Source: Squalus acanthias
Taxonomy: Eukaryota
Reading direction: 5' to 3'
Length of the DNA: 64,000 bases
Assembly (NCBI GenBank): GCA_030390025.1
Contig: JASTWF010000330.1
Coordinates: forward strand, 310,001-374,000
The notes beneath the pieces were generated by a model. That model ran no database searches, had not been told where the DNA came from, and saw only the letters and a program-made list of their open reading frames with translations. Positions 51,301 to 64,000 of the stretch are shown here, piece after piece (the stretch's first letter is position 1; every line of letters begins with the position of its first letter). Position numbers and translations under genes: made by a program.

Positions 51301-53800
51301 TAGATATTTAATATTTGTCTCATCGATGATATTATTTATTGTGGATTTGGAATAGATATTTAATATTTGTCTCATCGATGATATTATTTATTGTGGATTT
51401 GGAATAGATCTTTAATATTTGTTCCATTGATGATATTATTTATTGTGGATTTGGAATAGATCTTTAATATTTGTTCCATCGATGATATTATTTATTGTGG
51501 ATTTGGAATAGATCTTTAATATTTGTCTCATTGATGATATTATTTATTGTGGATTTGGAATAGATCTTTAATATTTGTTCCATTGATGATATTATTTATT
51601 GTGGATTTGGAATAGATATTTAATATTTGTCTCATCGATGATATTATTTATTGTGGATTTGGAATAGATCTTTAATATTTGTCTCATCGATGATATTATT
51701 TATTGTGGATTTGGAATAGATCTTTAATATTTGTTCCATTGATGATATTATTTATTGTGGATTTGGAATAGATCTTTAATATTTGTCTCATTATTTGATA
51801 TTATTTATTGTGGATTTGGAATAGATCTTTAATATTTGTCTCATTATTTGATATTATTTATTGTGGATTTGGAATAGATCTTTAATATTTGTCTCATTAT
51901 TTGATATTATTTATTGTGGATTTTGAATAGATCTTTAATATTTGTCTCATTATTTGATATTATTTATTGTGGATTTTGAATAGATCTTTAATATTTGTCT
52001 AATTGGTGATATTATTTATTGTGGATTTGGAATAGATCTTTAATATTTGTCTCATTGATGATATTTTTTATTGTGGATTTGGAATAGATCTTTAATATTT
52101 GTCTCATTGTTAGATATTATTTATTGTGGATTTGGAATAGATCTTTAATATTTGTCTCATTGATGATATTATTTATTGTGGATTTGGAATAGATCTTTAA
52201 TATTTGTCTCATCGATGATGTTATTAATTGTGGATTTGGAATAGATCTTTAATATTTCTCTCATTGATGATATTATTTATTCTGGATTTGGAATAGATCT
52301 TTAATATTTGTCTCATTGATTATATTATTTATTGTGGATTTGGAATAGATCTTTAATATTTGTCTCATTATTTGATATTATTTATTGTGGATTTTGAATA
52401 GATCTTTAATATTTGTCTCATTGATGATATTATTTATTGTGGATTTGGAATAGATCTTTAATATTTGTCTCATTGTTCGATGTTATTTATTGTGGATTTT
52501 GAATAGATCTTTAATATTTGTCTCATTGATGATATTATTTATTGTGGATTTGGAATAGATCTTTAATATTTGTCTCATTAATGACATTGTTTATTGTGGA
52601 TTTGGAATAGATCTTTAATATTTGTTCCATTGATGATATTATTTATTGTGGATTTGGAATAGATCTTTAATATTTGTCTCATTATTTGATATTATTTATT
52701 GTGGATTTGGAATAGATCTTTAATATTTGTCTCATCGATGATATTATTTATTGTGGATTTGGAAGAGATCTTTAATATTTGTCTCATTGATGATATTATT
52801 TATTGTGGATTTGGAATAGATCTTTAATATTTCTCTCATTGATGATATTATTTATTGTGGATTTGGAATAGATCTTAAATATTTGTCTCATTGATGATAT
52901 TATTTATTGTGGATTTGGAATAGATCTTTAATATTTGTCTCATTGATGATATTATTTATTGTGGATTTGGAATAGATCTTTAATATTTGTCTCATTGTTC
53001 GATATTATTTATTGTGGATTTGGAATAGATCTTTAATATTTGTCTCATTGATGATATTATTTATTGTGGATTTGGAATAGATCTTTAATATTTGTCCCAT
53101 TGATGATATTATTTATTGTGGATTTGGAATAGATCTTTAATATTTGTCCCATGGATGATATTATTTATTGTGGATTTGGAATTGATCTTAAATATTTGTC
53201 TCATTGATGATATTATTTATTGTGGATTTGGAATAGATCTTTAATATTTGTCTCATTGTTCGATATTATTTATTGTGGATTTGGAATAGATCTTTAATAT
53301 TTGTCTCATTGATGATATTATTTATTGTGGATTTGGAATAGATCTTTAATATTTGTCCCATTGATGATATTATTTATTGTGGATTTGGAATAGATCTTTA
53401 ATATTTCTCTCATTGATGATATTATTTATTGTGGATTTGGAATAGATCTTTAATATTTGTCTCATTGTTAGATATTATTTATTGTGGATTTGGAATAGAT
53501 CTTTAATATTTGTCTCATTGATGATGTTAATTTGCTGTGGATTTGGAATACATCTTTAATATTTGTATCTTTGATGATATTATTTATTGTGGATTTCGAA
53601 TAGATCTTTAATATTTGTTTCATTGTTTGATATTATTTATTGTGGATTTGGAATAGATCTTTAATATTTTTCTCATTGTTAGATATTATTTATTGTGGAT
53701 TTGGAACAGATCTTTAATATTTGTCTCATTGATGATATTATTTGTTGTGGATTTGGAATAGATGTTTAATATTTGTACTATTAATTTATATTATTTATTC
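36380..53800. repeat. AT-rich 52-bp satellite (TGTGGATTTGGAATAGATCTTTAATATTTGTCTCATTGATGATATTATTTAT)n, about 330 units, with 53-bp variants
   Basis: Period measured directly (36782 to 36834); AGATCT in most units; degenerate units at both edges. Confidence 0.98.
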
Positions 53801-54264
53801 TCCTCCTTCTTGGACTCGAGATAATTGAGGAAATGTTATATCTTTATGTTTTTCCAGAATCACTGTTATTTACTTACGCAAATATTGTAAATCTTTATAT
53901 ACTTCTTTCTAATATTTAGCTAAATGTATTTCTTCTTTTAATTTAATAGTTATATTTATATATTTGTACATTTAAAAATTAATTACATTGGTTTATTTGG
54001 TTATTTTTCCCATTGTGATTTATTTGTTATGATTCCATTCAGTTTTTATATTTATCTTAATATTTATATTACATATACATATACTCAGTCTTTAGATAGT
54101 ATATTTTGCAGAGCATTTATAGAATGTATTATTGAAATACTATTTATAGTCAGCCTCCAATTTATTTATACATTCAATATTTATGTATATATAATTTAAT
54201 GGTTTTATCAATGAAGTACCAGCAACAGAGAGTTATTCCAAATCTAATTTCACCTGGGGACTGA

Positions 54265-54782
54265 GATCATAGAATCGTACAGCACAGCAAGAGGCCATTT
54301 GACCCATCGTGCCGGCTCTTTGAAGGAGCTGTCCAATTCGTCCCAAGGCCCCTATCTCTTTCCCCATAACCCTGCCAATGTTTCCTTTTCAATATTCCTC
54401 GAATTCCCTTTTGAAAATGACTTTTGAATCTGCTGCCACCAGCCTTTCAGGCAGTGCATTCCAGGTCATCGTAACTCGCTGCAGAAAATACGTTTTTCCT
54501 CATCTCCCCTCTGGTTCTTTTGCCAATTATCTTCAATCTGTGACCTCTGGTTACCGAACCTGCTGCCACTGGAAACAATTTCTCCCTGTCTGCTGTATCA
54601 AAACCCTTCATGATTTTGAACACCTCTATTAGGTCCCTGCTTCAATTTTTCTGCTCGAATGAGAACAACCCCAACTTCTCCACATAACTGAAGTCGCTCA
54701 TCCCTGGTCCCATTCTAGTCAATCTCCAATGCACCCTCACTAAGGCATTGCCATCCTTTCAAAAGTGTGTTGCCCAGAATTG
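54265..54782 (-). mobile_element. Old CR1 3' fragment
   Basis: CATAGAATCGTACAGCACAG 3' end; diverged similarity to 163-700. Confidence 0.75.
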
Positions 54783-55232
54783 AAAGAAAGACTTGCATTT
54801 ATATAACGCCTTTCACGACCACCAGATGTCTCAAAGCGCTTTACAGCCAATGAAGTACTTTTGGAGTGTAGTCACTGTTGTATTGTGGGAAGCGCAGCAG
54901 CCAATTTGAACACAGCAAGCTCCCACAAACAGCAATGTGATAATGACCAGATAATCTGTTTTTGTTATGTTGGTTGTGGGATATATATTGGTCAGGACAG
55001 CAGGGATAACTCCCCTGCTCTTCTTCGAAATCGTGCCATGGGATCTTTTACGTCCACCTGAGAGTTCAGACGGGGCCTCAGTTGGACGTCTCATCCGACA
55101 GTGCAGCACTCCCTCAGCACTGCACTGGAGTGTCAGCCTAGCTTTTTGTGCTCAAGTCCCATGGAGTTGGACTTGAACCCACAACCATTGAGACTCAGAG
55201 GCGAGTGTGCTACCCACTGAGCCACAGCTGAC
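54783..55232 (-). mobile_element. Full-length uninterrupted DeuSINE
   Basis: Head, Deu core and AAAGAAAGACTTGCATTTATAT tail; no RTE insert or minisatellite. Confidence 0.88.
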
Positions 55233-55717
55233 ACTACGACAATGTTGACCTGTAAAAAGTGGGAGGGTGTTGTGTTTTCCAGAGAATGCTCACAGACTGA
55301 GAACAACAGACGCTTCTTATCAGTGGCACAGATAAGATCTGCTGATGGGCCACAGGTCCACATTTAGCCACATATGCAAACCAGAGTGAGGAGAGAGCTA
55401 GAGCTGGGAGAATGTTTGTGTAACCAGGACAAGCGACACTGTGAGGCACCTGACCACACGTCAATGTCCCAGACTCTGACTGCTGCTCACCCGCTAACAT
55501 TGGGACAGTAAAGGGACTGCGATGGTGTCTGTATTTAAATCTAGTCAAGCACCACCGAGGGTGCATTTGCCAAAGGATTAGTGCAGTCTGTACAGCAGAG
55601 GGGGTTATAGATAGACCATTGCCCAGTACTGACCCATTACTGATATGGGAGGGCTTCATCCTGTGAATATTCTCCCTCTAACACTCATTGCCCATTAAAG
55701 TTCCAACATACCTTTAG

Positions 55718-56113
55718 GGGTACGGTAGCGGTTATGTTACTGGACCAGTAATCTAGAGGCCTGTATTAATGATCTGGAGATGGTGACTTCAAACCCTGCC
55801 ACGGCAGCTGGGGAATTTAAATTCAGTTAATTAAATAAATTTGGAACAAAAACCTGGTATCATGTAACTACCAGATTGTCATAAAAATCCATCTGGTTCA
55901 CTAATGTCCTTTAGAAAAGGAAACCTGCCGTCCTTACCTGGTCTGGCCTATATGTGACTCCAGATCCACAGCAATGTGGTTGACTCTTAACTGCCCTGTG
56001 AAATGGCCTAGCAAGACACTCAGTTGTTTCAATAAGGTAGCTCACCACCGCCTTCTTGAGGACAATTAGAGATGGGCAATAAATGCTGGCCTTTCCAGCG
56101 ATGCTTACATCCC
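55718..56113 (+). mobile_element. tRNA-derived SINE, inverted paralogue of 19120-19502
   Basis: Reverse complement of 19120-19502; a DeuSINE head fragment follows at about 56128-56232 on the minus strand. Confidence 0.75.
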
Positions 56114-57267
56114 GTGACTCCCTCATCACTGCACTGGGAGTGTCAGTCTAGCTTTTTTATGTGCTCGAGTCCCTGGAGTGGGACTTGAACCCACAACCTT
56201 CTGACTCAGAGGCGAGTGTGCTACAGCTGACTCTGAATTGGACAAATAGCTTACATTTCTTATCAGAGATCCTTATTCTCAAATCTTAACTTCGTTACAT
56301 TTCCATTCTTCTACTTATTCTTAATCCAGAGTATCCACCAAAATCAAATACCTTGATTACCCGTGACTCAAAGAGTTAAACACTTACAGAGTGGTTCTGA
56401 AGTTCAGAATCGCTTGCCTTTCCAGCGCCTTCTGTTTTCTCATTTGAAAAGTTCTATTTTTATACCTTTTTTTTAGTGGTTTATCCTTTGAAGTTTTCTG
56501 CAGATGTAAGCTAATTATCTCTAGCCATACCTTTGTTGACTTCTTTCTATTCTTACTGTTAGTTCAGCTGTTAGCTTGCAGAATTCTGTCTGCTGTATAG
56601 GTGTTTCAAAAGTTATCTTAAAATATGGTTATGACTGATGCATCTATTTGATGCCATTCTTTCGAAGGTCTCCCCTTCAATTCTTAATATTGGCTTAACT
56701 GCTTATTAGCAGATGTCGTGTCTCCTAACTATTCCATTTTCAATACAAACATAATGTCATTGCTTGGTGTCATCTATTGATATTATATTTTCAAAGTGTC
56801 CTGTTTGCACCTTTTACAATTTGTAAATCAAAACCACTTCATCCAGGGTGTTTGTTTTCCCAGCCATCTTAGTTGGTTATATATATAATCGTGTTTCCTG
56901 TTTCATTTGATGTTACTTTTACAAAGGCACATGGTTTTTTAATATTCTGTGTTCCTGTTCGACGTGTTAGTTTTCAACACTTTACTTGGACATTGCTATT
57001 GTGTTGGTTCCAGACTGTAGACATCTCAGAAGCAAGCCTTTGCCTTTGTCTTTGTATTTACAAACCAATTCCAATTTCAAAGCTTGTTTGGTGTTTACCG
57101 CTTTTGTTATCAACTGTTCTGATCTCAGAAGCCTGTATTGTGTTTGCAGCCTGTGTCGCCGAGGCTTTCCAGACTTTTAAACCCAGTATGACATGTATTA
57201 ATAATATCAGAAATCTATTCATAGGATGGTGTATTTTTCTGAAATATGGCTATTCCATTACAGAAGC

Positions 57268-57770
57268 ATATACTTGCCATAGTGGGAGTGCAACAAAGGT
57301 TCACCAGACTGATTCCTGGGATGGGGGCGATTGTCCTATGAGGAGAGATTGAGTAGACTAGGCCTATATTCTCTGGAGTTTAGAAGAATGAGAGGTGATA
57401 TCATTGAAACATACAACATTATTACAGGGCTTGACAGGGTAGATGCAGGGAGGCTGTTTCCCCTGGCTGGGGTGACTAGAACCAGGGGCCACAGTCTCAG
57501 AATAAGGGGTCGGCCATTTAGGACTGAGATGAGGAGAAATTTCTTCACTCAGAGGGTGGTGAATCTTTGGAATTCTCTACCCCAGAGGGCTGTGGAGGCT
57601 CAGTCGTTGATTCTATTCAAGACAGAGATCAATAGATTTTTGAATGTTAAGGGAATCAAGTGCTATGGGGATAGTGCAGGAAAGTAGAGTTGAGGTAAAA
57701 GATCAGCCATGATCATATTGAATGGCGGAGCAGGCTCGAAGGGCCACATGGCCTACTCCTGCTTCTATTT
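57268..57770 (+). mobile_element. CR1 3' fragment
   Basis: ORF 57331-57687 plus CR1 3' UTR. Confidence 0.92.
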
Positions 57771-57774
57771 CTTA

Positions 57775-59572
57775 TGTTCCCTATTGGATTTCTTGGTGAC
57801 TATATTATATTGATGGCCTCTAGTTTTGCTCTTCCTCACAAGTGGAAACATTCTCTCTCTATCCAGTCTATCAAAACCTTTCATAATTTTATAGACCTCT
57901 ATTAGGTCACCCCTCAGCCCTCTTTTTTCAAGAGAAAAGAGACCCAGCCTGTTCATCCTTTCCTGATATGTATACCCTCGAATTTCTGGTATTATCCTTG
58001 TAAATCTTCTCTGCACCCTCTGCAGTTCCTCTATATCCTTTTTATAATTTTCAAAAATCTATCGATCTCTGTCTTGAATATAATTGTGGATTCAGCATCC
58101 ACAGCCCTTTGGGGTAGGGAATTCCACAGATTCACAACCCTCTGAGTGAAGATATTTTGCCTCATCTCGGTCTTAAGAGGACGACACCTTATCCTGAGAC
58201 TATGCCCCCTAGTTCTAGACTCTCCAGCCACGGGAAATAACCTATCTTATCAATCCTCCTCACAATGTTATATCTTTCAATGAGATCACCTCTCACTCTT
58301 CTAAACTCCATAGACTATAGGCCCAATCTACTCAATCTCTCCTCATAGGACAACCCTCGCATCCCAGCAATCAATCTAGTGAACCTTCGTTACATCACCT
58401 CTAAGACAAGTGTAACCTTCCTTAGATAAGGAGACCAAAACTGTACACACTACTCCAGGTGTGGTCTCAACAAAGCCCTGTAACATAGAAACATAGAAGA
58501 TAGGAGCAGGAGTAGGTCATTCGGCCCCTCGAGCCTGTTCCGCCATTTAATGAGATCATGGCTGATCATCCAAACTCAGTACCCTGTACCTGCCTTCTCC
58601 CCATATCCCTTGATCCCTTTAGCCTTAAGAAATATATCCAACTCCTTCTTGAATATATTTAATGATTTGGCCTCAACTGCCTTCTGTGGTAGAGAATTCC
58701 ACAGGTTCACCACTCTCTGGGTGAAGAAATTCCTCCTCATCTCAGTCCTAAATGGCTTACCCCTTATCCTTAGACTGTGACCCCTGGTTCTGGACTCCCC
58801 CGCCATCGGGAAAATCCTTCCTGCATCTAGTCTGTCTAGTCCTGTTAGAATTTTATATGTTTCAATGAGATCCCCTCTCATTCTTCTAAATTCCTGCGAA
58901 TATAAGCCTAATCGACCCAATCTCTCTTCATACGTCTTTCCTGATCCCAGGTATCTGGTAAATCTTCGCTGCACTCCCTCCATGGGAAGAACATCCTTCC
59001 TCACATAAGGCGACCAAAACTGCACACAATACTCAAGGTGTGGTCTCACCAAGGCCCTGTACAACTGCAGCAAGACATCCTTGCTCCTGTACTCGAATCC
59101 TCTCGCTATGAAGGCCAACATACCATTTGCCTTCTTAACCGCCTGCTGCACCTGCATGCTTACCTTCAGCCACTGGTGCACAAGGACACCCAGGTCTCGT
59201 TGCACTTCCCCTTTTCCCAATCTATTGCCATTCAGATAATAATCTGCCATCCTGTTTTTGCCACCAAAGTGGATAACCTCGCATTTATCCACATTATACT
59301 GCATTTGCCATGCATCTGCCCAATCACCCAACCTGTCCAAATCATACTGGAGTTTCTCTGCATCCTCCTCACAGCACACACGCCCACCCATCTTTGTGTC
59401 GTCTGCAAACTTGGAGATATTACAACTAGTTCCCTCGTCTAGATCAGTAATATATATTGTGAATCGCTGTACAATTGTAGCAAGACTTCCTTGCTCTTGT
59501 ATTCCAACCCCCTTGCAATAAAGACCAACATACCATTTGCCTTCCTAATTGCTTGCTGCACCTGCATGCTAG
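57775..59572 (-). mobile_element. Nested cluster of antisense CR1 fragments (57775-58035, 58035-58482, 58482-59460, 59467-59572)
   Basis: ORFs 57765-58016, 58031-58231 and 58576-59391 all encode the CR1 ORF2 C-terminus; a new 3' tail AACATAGAAACATAGAA starts at 58482. Confidence 0.9.
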
Positions 59573-59578
59573 CTCTCT

Positions 59579-60458
59579 GGCCGGAATTTTGCCGGTCCTC
59601 AGAGTGTGGGATTGGAGGTGGGACCACTGTCAAAATGGCAAATATTGACAGCGGGCCGAAAACCCGCTGTCAACCCGCCTCCAATCAATCTTCCCAAGTG
59701 TCGGGTCCCTGATTTGCGCAAGGACCCGACACCTAGCGGCAATAAGAGGATTATAGCCACTTACCTGGCTGTCAACAGGTACTTGATACTTTTTAACAGG
59801 CTCGTTTTCAATTTTGCCGCTTCCGCCTTGGGTTCTCCGATGTCCGAACACCACACCACGCCAAGTAAGTGTGGCGTGTTGTGAATCTGCTGTAATGTCT
59901 CTGCATTGATGACAGCTGCAGAAGTGGTGTGAAGGATGCAATGGTGCACTGGTGAGTTTTAGAGATAAGGAAATGTTGGGGAAATCATTTTTAACCCATT
60001 TACACTTTTCTGTAGGTAACAGGTTTTGAATTGGCTGTCTAGTCCCACCTCATTGGGAGAACCTCACTCGCCAGTGACAGATTGCTTCTGCAACCTCACC
60101 TGCAGCTGCCATCTGTTCTAGCCTATGGAGGGAGTCATTGGAGAGCCTGGGTGCAAGAACTCGCCTTTGTACAGTGATTGTCAGTGTTTGCAGCACCTCA
60201 ATGCTGTCAAACACTGAGAAATGAGCTGTCAAGAAAAATTGTTCGTGGTCCCTTTAAGAAAACCGGCAGATGATACGTCATCAAATGATGTCATCTGGCT
60301 GGCTTCCTCTTAATTGGCCGGCAAACTGGCAGGGCGGGATTAACAAGGCCAGTTGATGTAAACGTTGTTCTGTGGGCCGGTTGTAGTTGGGGACGGGACT
60401 GGAACCCAGAAGGCAGCTGACCCGCTCCCAATCCGCCTCAAAGCAGAAAAACGCGGCC
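59579..60458. mobile_element. Possible decayed non-autonomous DNA transposon (Harbinger/MITE-like)
   Basis: Imperfect terminal inverted repeats GGCCGGAATTTT / AAAAACGCGGCC, plus subterminal GGATTGG-containing inverted similarity; no clear TSD. Confidence 0.4.
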
Positions 60459-60589
60459 GTATTTTCAGCAGCGAGTTGTTATAACCTGGAATGCACTGCC
60501 TGAAATGAGGCAGCAGTAGATTCAAAAGTAACTTTCAAAAGGAAATTGGAGAAATACTTGAAAAGGAAACGTTTGCAGGGCTATGGGGA

Positions 60590-61820
60590 AATAAGCCCAC
60601 TGACTCCCACAGCTACCTGGACTACACTTCCTCCCACTCTGCTTCCTGTAAGGACTCTATTCCATTCTCCCAGTTTCTCCGTCTCTGCCGCATCTGCTCT
60701 GATGATGCCACTTTCCATACTAGTGCTTCTGATATGTCTTCCTTTTTCCTCAACCGAGGTTTTCCCTCTACCGTGGTCGACACGGCCCTTGACCGTGCCT
60801 GTTCCATTTCCCGCACTTCTACTCTCACCCCTTCCCCTCCCTCCCAGAACCACGATAGGGTTCCTATTGTCCTCACCTTTCACCCCACCAGCCTCCACAT
60901 TCAACGGATCATCCTCTGGCATTTCCGCCACCTCCAGTGTGATCCCACCACCAAACACATCTTCCCCTCCCCTTCCCCTTCCAGCATTTTGAAGGGACTG
61001 CTCCCCCCATGACACCCTGGTCGATTCCTCAATCACCCCCAACACCCACTCCCCTTCCCATGGCACCTTCCGGTTCAAGTGCAGGAGACGCAACACCTGC
61101 CCTTTCAGCTCTCCCCTTCCCACTGTCCAGGGCCCCAAACACGCCTTCCTGTTGAAACAGCGATTTACTTGTACTTCTTGCAATTTAGTATACTGTATTC
61201 GCTGCTCACGATGCGGTCTCCTCTACATTGGGGAGACCAAACGCAGATTGGGTGAGCGCTTTGCGGAACACCTCCGCTCAGTCCGTAAGTGTGACCCCGA
61301 GCTTCTGGTTGCCTATCACTTTAATTCTCCGCTCCATTCTCACTCTGACCTCACTCTCCTCGGCCTCTTACACTGTTCAAAAGTAACGCAACGTAAGCTC
61401 GAGGAACAGCAGCTCATCTTTCGATTAGGCACTTTACAACCTTCTGGACTCAACATTGAGTTCAACAATTTCAGATTATAACCTCAGCCCCTATTTCTTC
61501 ACATTGGCAACTGTTGATTCTGCCATTCACATTTACACCTCTCCGAGGCACATCTTTTGTTTCTTTACTTGTCCCATTACCAACTCTTTTTGCTTTGTAC
61601 TATCATACCTTTTGTCATTTAATCTCTCCTGCCTTCCACCCTAGCACAGACATTCCCTTTTGTTCTTACCTCCCCTCCCCGCTTTCCCTTTCCCTGCCAC
61701 TGCTTAAAACCTGTTACATCTCTAACCTTTTCCAGTTCCTCGACCTGAAACATTAACTCAGTTTCTCTCTCCGCAGATGCTACCTGAGCTGCTGAGTATT
61801 TCCAGCATTCTCTGTTATTA
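60590..61820 (+). mobile_element. Penelope-like element: RT C-terminal region, GIY-YIG endonuclease and terminal repeat
   Basis: KPTDSHSYLDYTSSH, FFLNRGFPSTVVD, VLTFHP, and ORF 61152-61481 LVYCIRCSRCGLLYIGETKRRLGERFAEH. Confidence 0.93.
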
Positions 61821-62579
61821 ATTTGCTTTTGAGATCAGTCTGTGAGGAGGCAGACAGAGGGTGAGAGTGAGCCGGACATTCCGAGTCTCTGTGTCAATAA
61901 AAGTAAACGGAAACCAACATTCGGGGACCCAGAATGAAACTTGGTTTACACAATCTCTAGATTCCAGGTTTAAATTTGCAGCTTTCCTATTGGTACGGAG
62001 TGAATTTGAGGTTATTGCTGCTTTCTGTTACCAGAGAGCGAATGGTTAATGTAGATGAGGGAGGACTGTTAGTGTGCAGTGAGTTTCAGGGGTAGGCTGA
62101 GCTGGGAGACAGATGGAAACCTGGTTTGGAGAAGGAGGAACATTTCCAGCTTTCATTTGGGGAATTTTCTACCAGGGCGGAGAGTGAGACTGAGGTTATT
62201 GGTTCTTCGGGGGGTACAAGTCTCTGTGTAACATTAACTCTATTTTATATTAACATTAAACATCTTTCTGTCACTCAGTCGCAGAATCCACACTCACTGA
62301 CCCGTGTGAAAATCACACAGTCCTGGACCAGCCCTGGAGGAGCACGGATTGTAATGGGACTCAGTGCTCCCGCCAGAGGAAGTGCGATGGCAAACTTGAC
62401 TACAGATGGTACAGATTTAAAAGGTACCGTAAAGGGTCAATTTCAGATAAGCTAGTCGATAGGCGAGGAGAAGTGAGAAAAAGTGTGAGATTAGGAACGA
62501 GCAATGCAGGGAGACTAGGATCAACAGGGAAGGGAATGGATGAAGGGAAAAGGGGAAACAACCTGAACCAACTGAGCGA

Positions 62580-64000
62580 AAAGCAGAGAGTAAAGGGAAA
62601 TACCCGGGATAGAGGGGAATATAGAACGGGGACAGAGAGTAAAGTGAGATACCCGGGATAGAGGGGAATATAGAACGGGGACAGAGAGTAAAGTGAGATA
62701 CCCGGGATAGAGGGGAATATAGAACGGGGACAGAGAGTAAAGTGAGATACCCGGGATAGAGGGGAATATAGAACGGGGACAGAGAGTAAAGTGAGATACC
62801 CGGGATAGAGGGGAATATAGAACGGGGACAGAGAGTAAAGTGAGATACCCGGGATAGAGGGGAATATAGAACGGGGACTGAGAGTAAAGTGAGATACCCG
62901 GGATAGAGGGGAATATAGAAAGGGGACAGAGAGTAAAGGGAGATACCCGGGATAGAGGGGAATATAGAACGGGGACAGAGAGTAAAGGGAGATACCCGGG
63001 ATAGAGGGGAATATAGAACGGGGACAGAGAGTAAAGTGAGATACCCGGGATAGAGGGGAATATAGAACGGGGACAGAGAGTAAAGTGAGATACCCGGGAT
63101 AGAGGGGAATATAGAACGGGGACAGAGAGTAAAGTGAGATACCCGGGATAGAGGGGAATATAGAACGGGGACAGAGAGTAAAGTGAGATACCCGGGATAG
63201 AGGGGAATATAGAACGGGGACAGAGAGTAAAGGGAGATACCCGGGATAGAGGGGAATATAGAACGGGGACAGAGAGTAAAGGGAGATACCCGGGATAGAG
63301 GGGAATATAGAACGGGGACAGAGAATAAAGGGAGATACCCGGGTTAGAGGGGAATATAGAACGGGGACTGAGAGTAAAGGGAGATACCCGGGATAGAGGG
63401 GAATATAGAAAGGGGACAGAGAGTAAAGGGAGATACCCGGGATAGAGGGGAATATAGAACGGGGACAGAGAGTAAAGTGAGATACCCGGGATAGAGGGGA
63501 ATATAGAACGGGGACAGAGAGTAAAGTGAGATACCCGGGTTAGAGGGGAATATAGAACGGGGACTGAGAGTAAAGGGAGATACCCGGGATAGAGGGGAAT
63601 ATAGAACGGGGACAGAGAGTAATGGGAGATACCCGGGATAGAGGGGAATACAGAACGGGGACAGAGAGTAAAGTGAGATACCCGGGTTAGAGGGGAATAT
63701 AGAACGGGGACAGAGTGTAAAGGGAGATACCCAGGATAGAGGGGAATATAGAACGGGGACAGAGAGTAAAGGGAGATACCCGGGATAGAGGGGAATATAG
63801 AAAGGGGACAGAGAGTAAAGGGAGATACCCGGGATAGAGGGGAATATAGAACGGGGACAGAGAGTAAAGGGAGATACCCGGGATAGAGGGGAATATAGAA
63901 CGGGGACAGAGAGGAAAGGCAGATACCCGGGATAGAGGGGAATATAGAACGGGGACAGAGAGTAAAGGACGACACCCGGGATAAGGGGAATATATAACGG
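62580..64000. repeat. 49-bp purine-rich minisatellite (GAGAGTAAAGTGAGATACCCGGGATAGAGGGGAATATAGAACGGGGACA)n
   Basis: Period measured directly (62641 to 62690); runs to the window end. Confidence 0.97.

Noticed and set aside
36380..53800. CRISPR-like array
   Set aside because: Monomers are contiguous with no unique spacers, no cas genes are present, and the context is vertebrate; it is a satellite. The same applies to the 29-, 33-, 44- and 49-bp arrays.
55165..55232. tRNA gene
   Set aside because: tRNA-like A/B boxes run straight into the DeuSINE body; it is a SINE head, as near 13180, 22030 and 56180.
62521..63975. 484-aa minus-strand ORF
   Set aside because: Translation of the 49-bp minisatellite.

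Overview
Eukaryotic, repeat-dense window; the repeat repertoire (CR1/L2/RTE LINEs, Deu-domain SINEs, Penelope-like elements) points to a cartilaginous fish (inference). No intact host gene is evident. Main discovery: a 7.3 kb minus-strand LTR retroelement/endogenous retrovirus (25721-33028) inside a 44-bp minisatellite. It has two ~1.1 kb TG...CA LTRs, a PBS, a PPT, and a frameshifted gag with a CCHC knuckle, but no recognisable pol. The gag UGA-CUAG readthrough-type stop leads in frame into a diverged second copy of the Gag coiled-coil domain, followed by a decayed class I fusion env (RQRR furin site, fusion peptide, heptads, Cys-rich region, TM) that looks F-protein-like (lokiretrovirus/errantivirus type) rather than gamma-type. 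Elsewhere: a tandem segmental duplication (about 7.3-13.5 kb vs 13.5-23.9 kb) plus an inverted ancestral-state copy near 55 kb; a 33-bp minisatellite expanded inside a DeuSINE; a Penelope palindrome with hammerhead cores; a 17.4 kb 52-bp satellite with multi-kb higher-order duplications; and 29-bp and 49-bp minisatellites. All alignments and translations outside the ORF track were done by eye; LINE/SINE edges are approximate.
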